64,000 nucleotides of DNA, taken from contig JBARIA010000028.1 in the NCBI GenBank assembly GCA_049799515.1, positions 783-64,782 on the forward strand, given 5' to 3'. This stretch comes from Candidatus Dormiibacterota bacterium. Lineage in GTDB: Bacteria > Chloroflexota > Dormibacteria > Aeolococcales > Bog-877. Under the pieces are notes generated by a model. That model made no database searches. It saw nothing but the letters and a program-made list of their open reading frames with translations, and was not told where the DNA came from. The translations under genes and the position numbers were made by a program. Positions within the stretch are counted from its first letter, which is position 1; the number at the start of each line of letters is the position of its first letter. This document shows, in pieces, positions 63,611-64,000 of the stretch.

Positions 63611-64000
63611 GAGGTCAGCTTAGGCTTGACTTCGCGGAGCCGAAGTCACGGCGTCGGGACGACACCGAAACAACAAGTTCACGAAGGGGGCCGCCGGTGT
63701 GCGCACCGTGGAACCGCCGCCGCGGACTTGCCTCGCCTTTGCTAGCCCCCTGGCGGGTTTGTGCTGTGCCGGGCAGATCGGCCCGGGGTTCCTGTGAGAT
63801 CCGCTTGCTTTCGATCCGACTAGCGCCTGACTTCGCTGCGGCGTCGATCGCCTGGACCCCCGGGACCAATCAGATCAGACCCAGCGATCAACCGCTCCAG
63901 AGACCGGTTTTAGATCTCCTGTAGATGGTCGAAGGCCCCGCTTGGTCAGGGTGGCTGGGGCTGGGACCGGACTCGCTGCCCCGGCGACCCGATCGAGGGG

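Noticed and set aside
1-64000. CRISPR arrays, rRNA genes, IS elements, transposases, integrases, and phage structural or defence-island hallmark genes (restriction-modification, Cas, abortive-infection NTPases).
   Set aside because: No regularly spaced direct repeats and no ORFs with the corresponding motifs were seen on either strand. The only mobility signature is the set of tRNA-Gly half copies.

Overview
High-GC (roughly two-thirds G+C) bacterial chromosomal segment. Gene order and content look like Actinomycetota or a related high-GC Terrabacteria lineage, and Chloroflexota is not excluded: aroC-aroKB-aroQ, F420/LLM and DUF385 enzymes, an ECF41 sigma factor, and many GTG/TTG starts. About 60 protein genes, one intact tRNA and several candidate regulatory sites can be supported. 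Main blocks: (1) shikimate genes; (2) an MrfA/MrfB-like helicase-exonuclease pair with a Cheo-type SOS box; (3) a tRNA-Gly(GCC) locus where the intact gene is bracketed by a displaced 5' half and a displaced 3' half, both breaking at the anticodon loop, enclosing integrase-less cargo (ECF41 sigma, DUF385 enzyme, SDR); (4) a copper locus with a CopA P-type ATPase flanked by two paralogous polytopic membrane proteins of unrecognised family, one fused to a SCO1/SenC domain, plus a low-GC Met/Cys-rich membrane protein gene; (5) redox and housekeeping genes (NDH-2, HtrA, Grx-TrxR fusion, MarR-MFS, PepN, APC permease, Hpt); (6) a complete histidine pathway in two divergent units headed by a TrpR/YerC-like regulator, with a hisD-hisC fusion; (7) a LysW-type alpha-aminoadipate lysine cluster (hcs-lysTU-lysWXYZK) lacking lysJ; (8) a tightly coupled five-gene operon (Tat-signal mini-protein, ApbE, bis-heme ferric-reductase membrane domain, NuoF-like flavoprotein, ferredoxin) that reads as a split NOX-like transmembrane electron-transfer system and is my top candidate for something undescribed; (9) a PadR module and a GGDEF-EAL protein. 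About 20 gene junctions have 1-13 nt start/stop overlaps (GTGA, ATGA, TTGA), and I used these to refine starts relative to the ORF track. Many long Arg/Pro-rich ORFs in the track are alternative-frame shadows. No CRISPR array, rRNA, transposase or integrase was seen. All family assignments come from motif recognition by eye, not from database searches.
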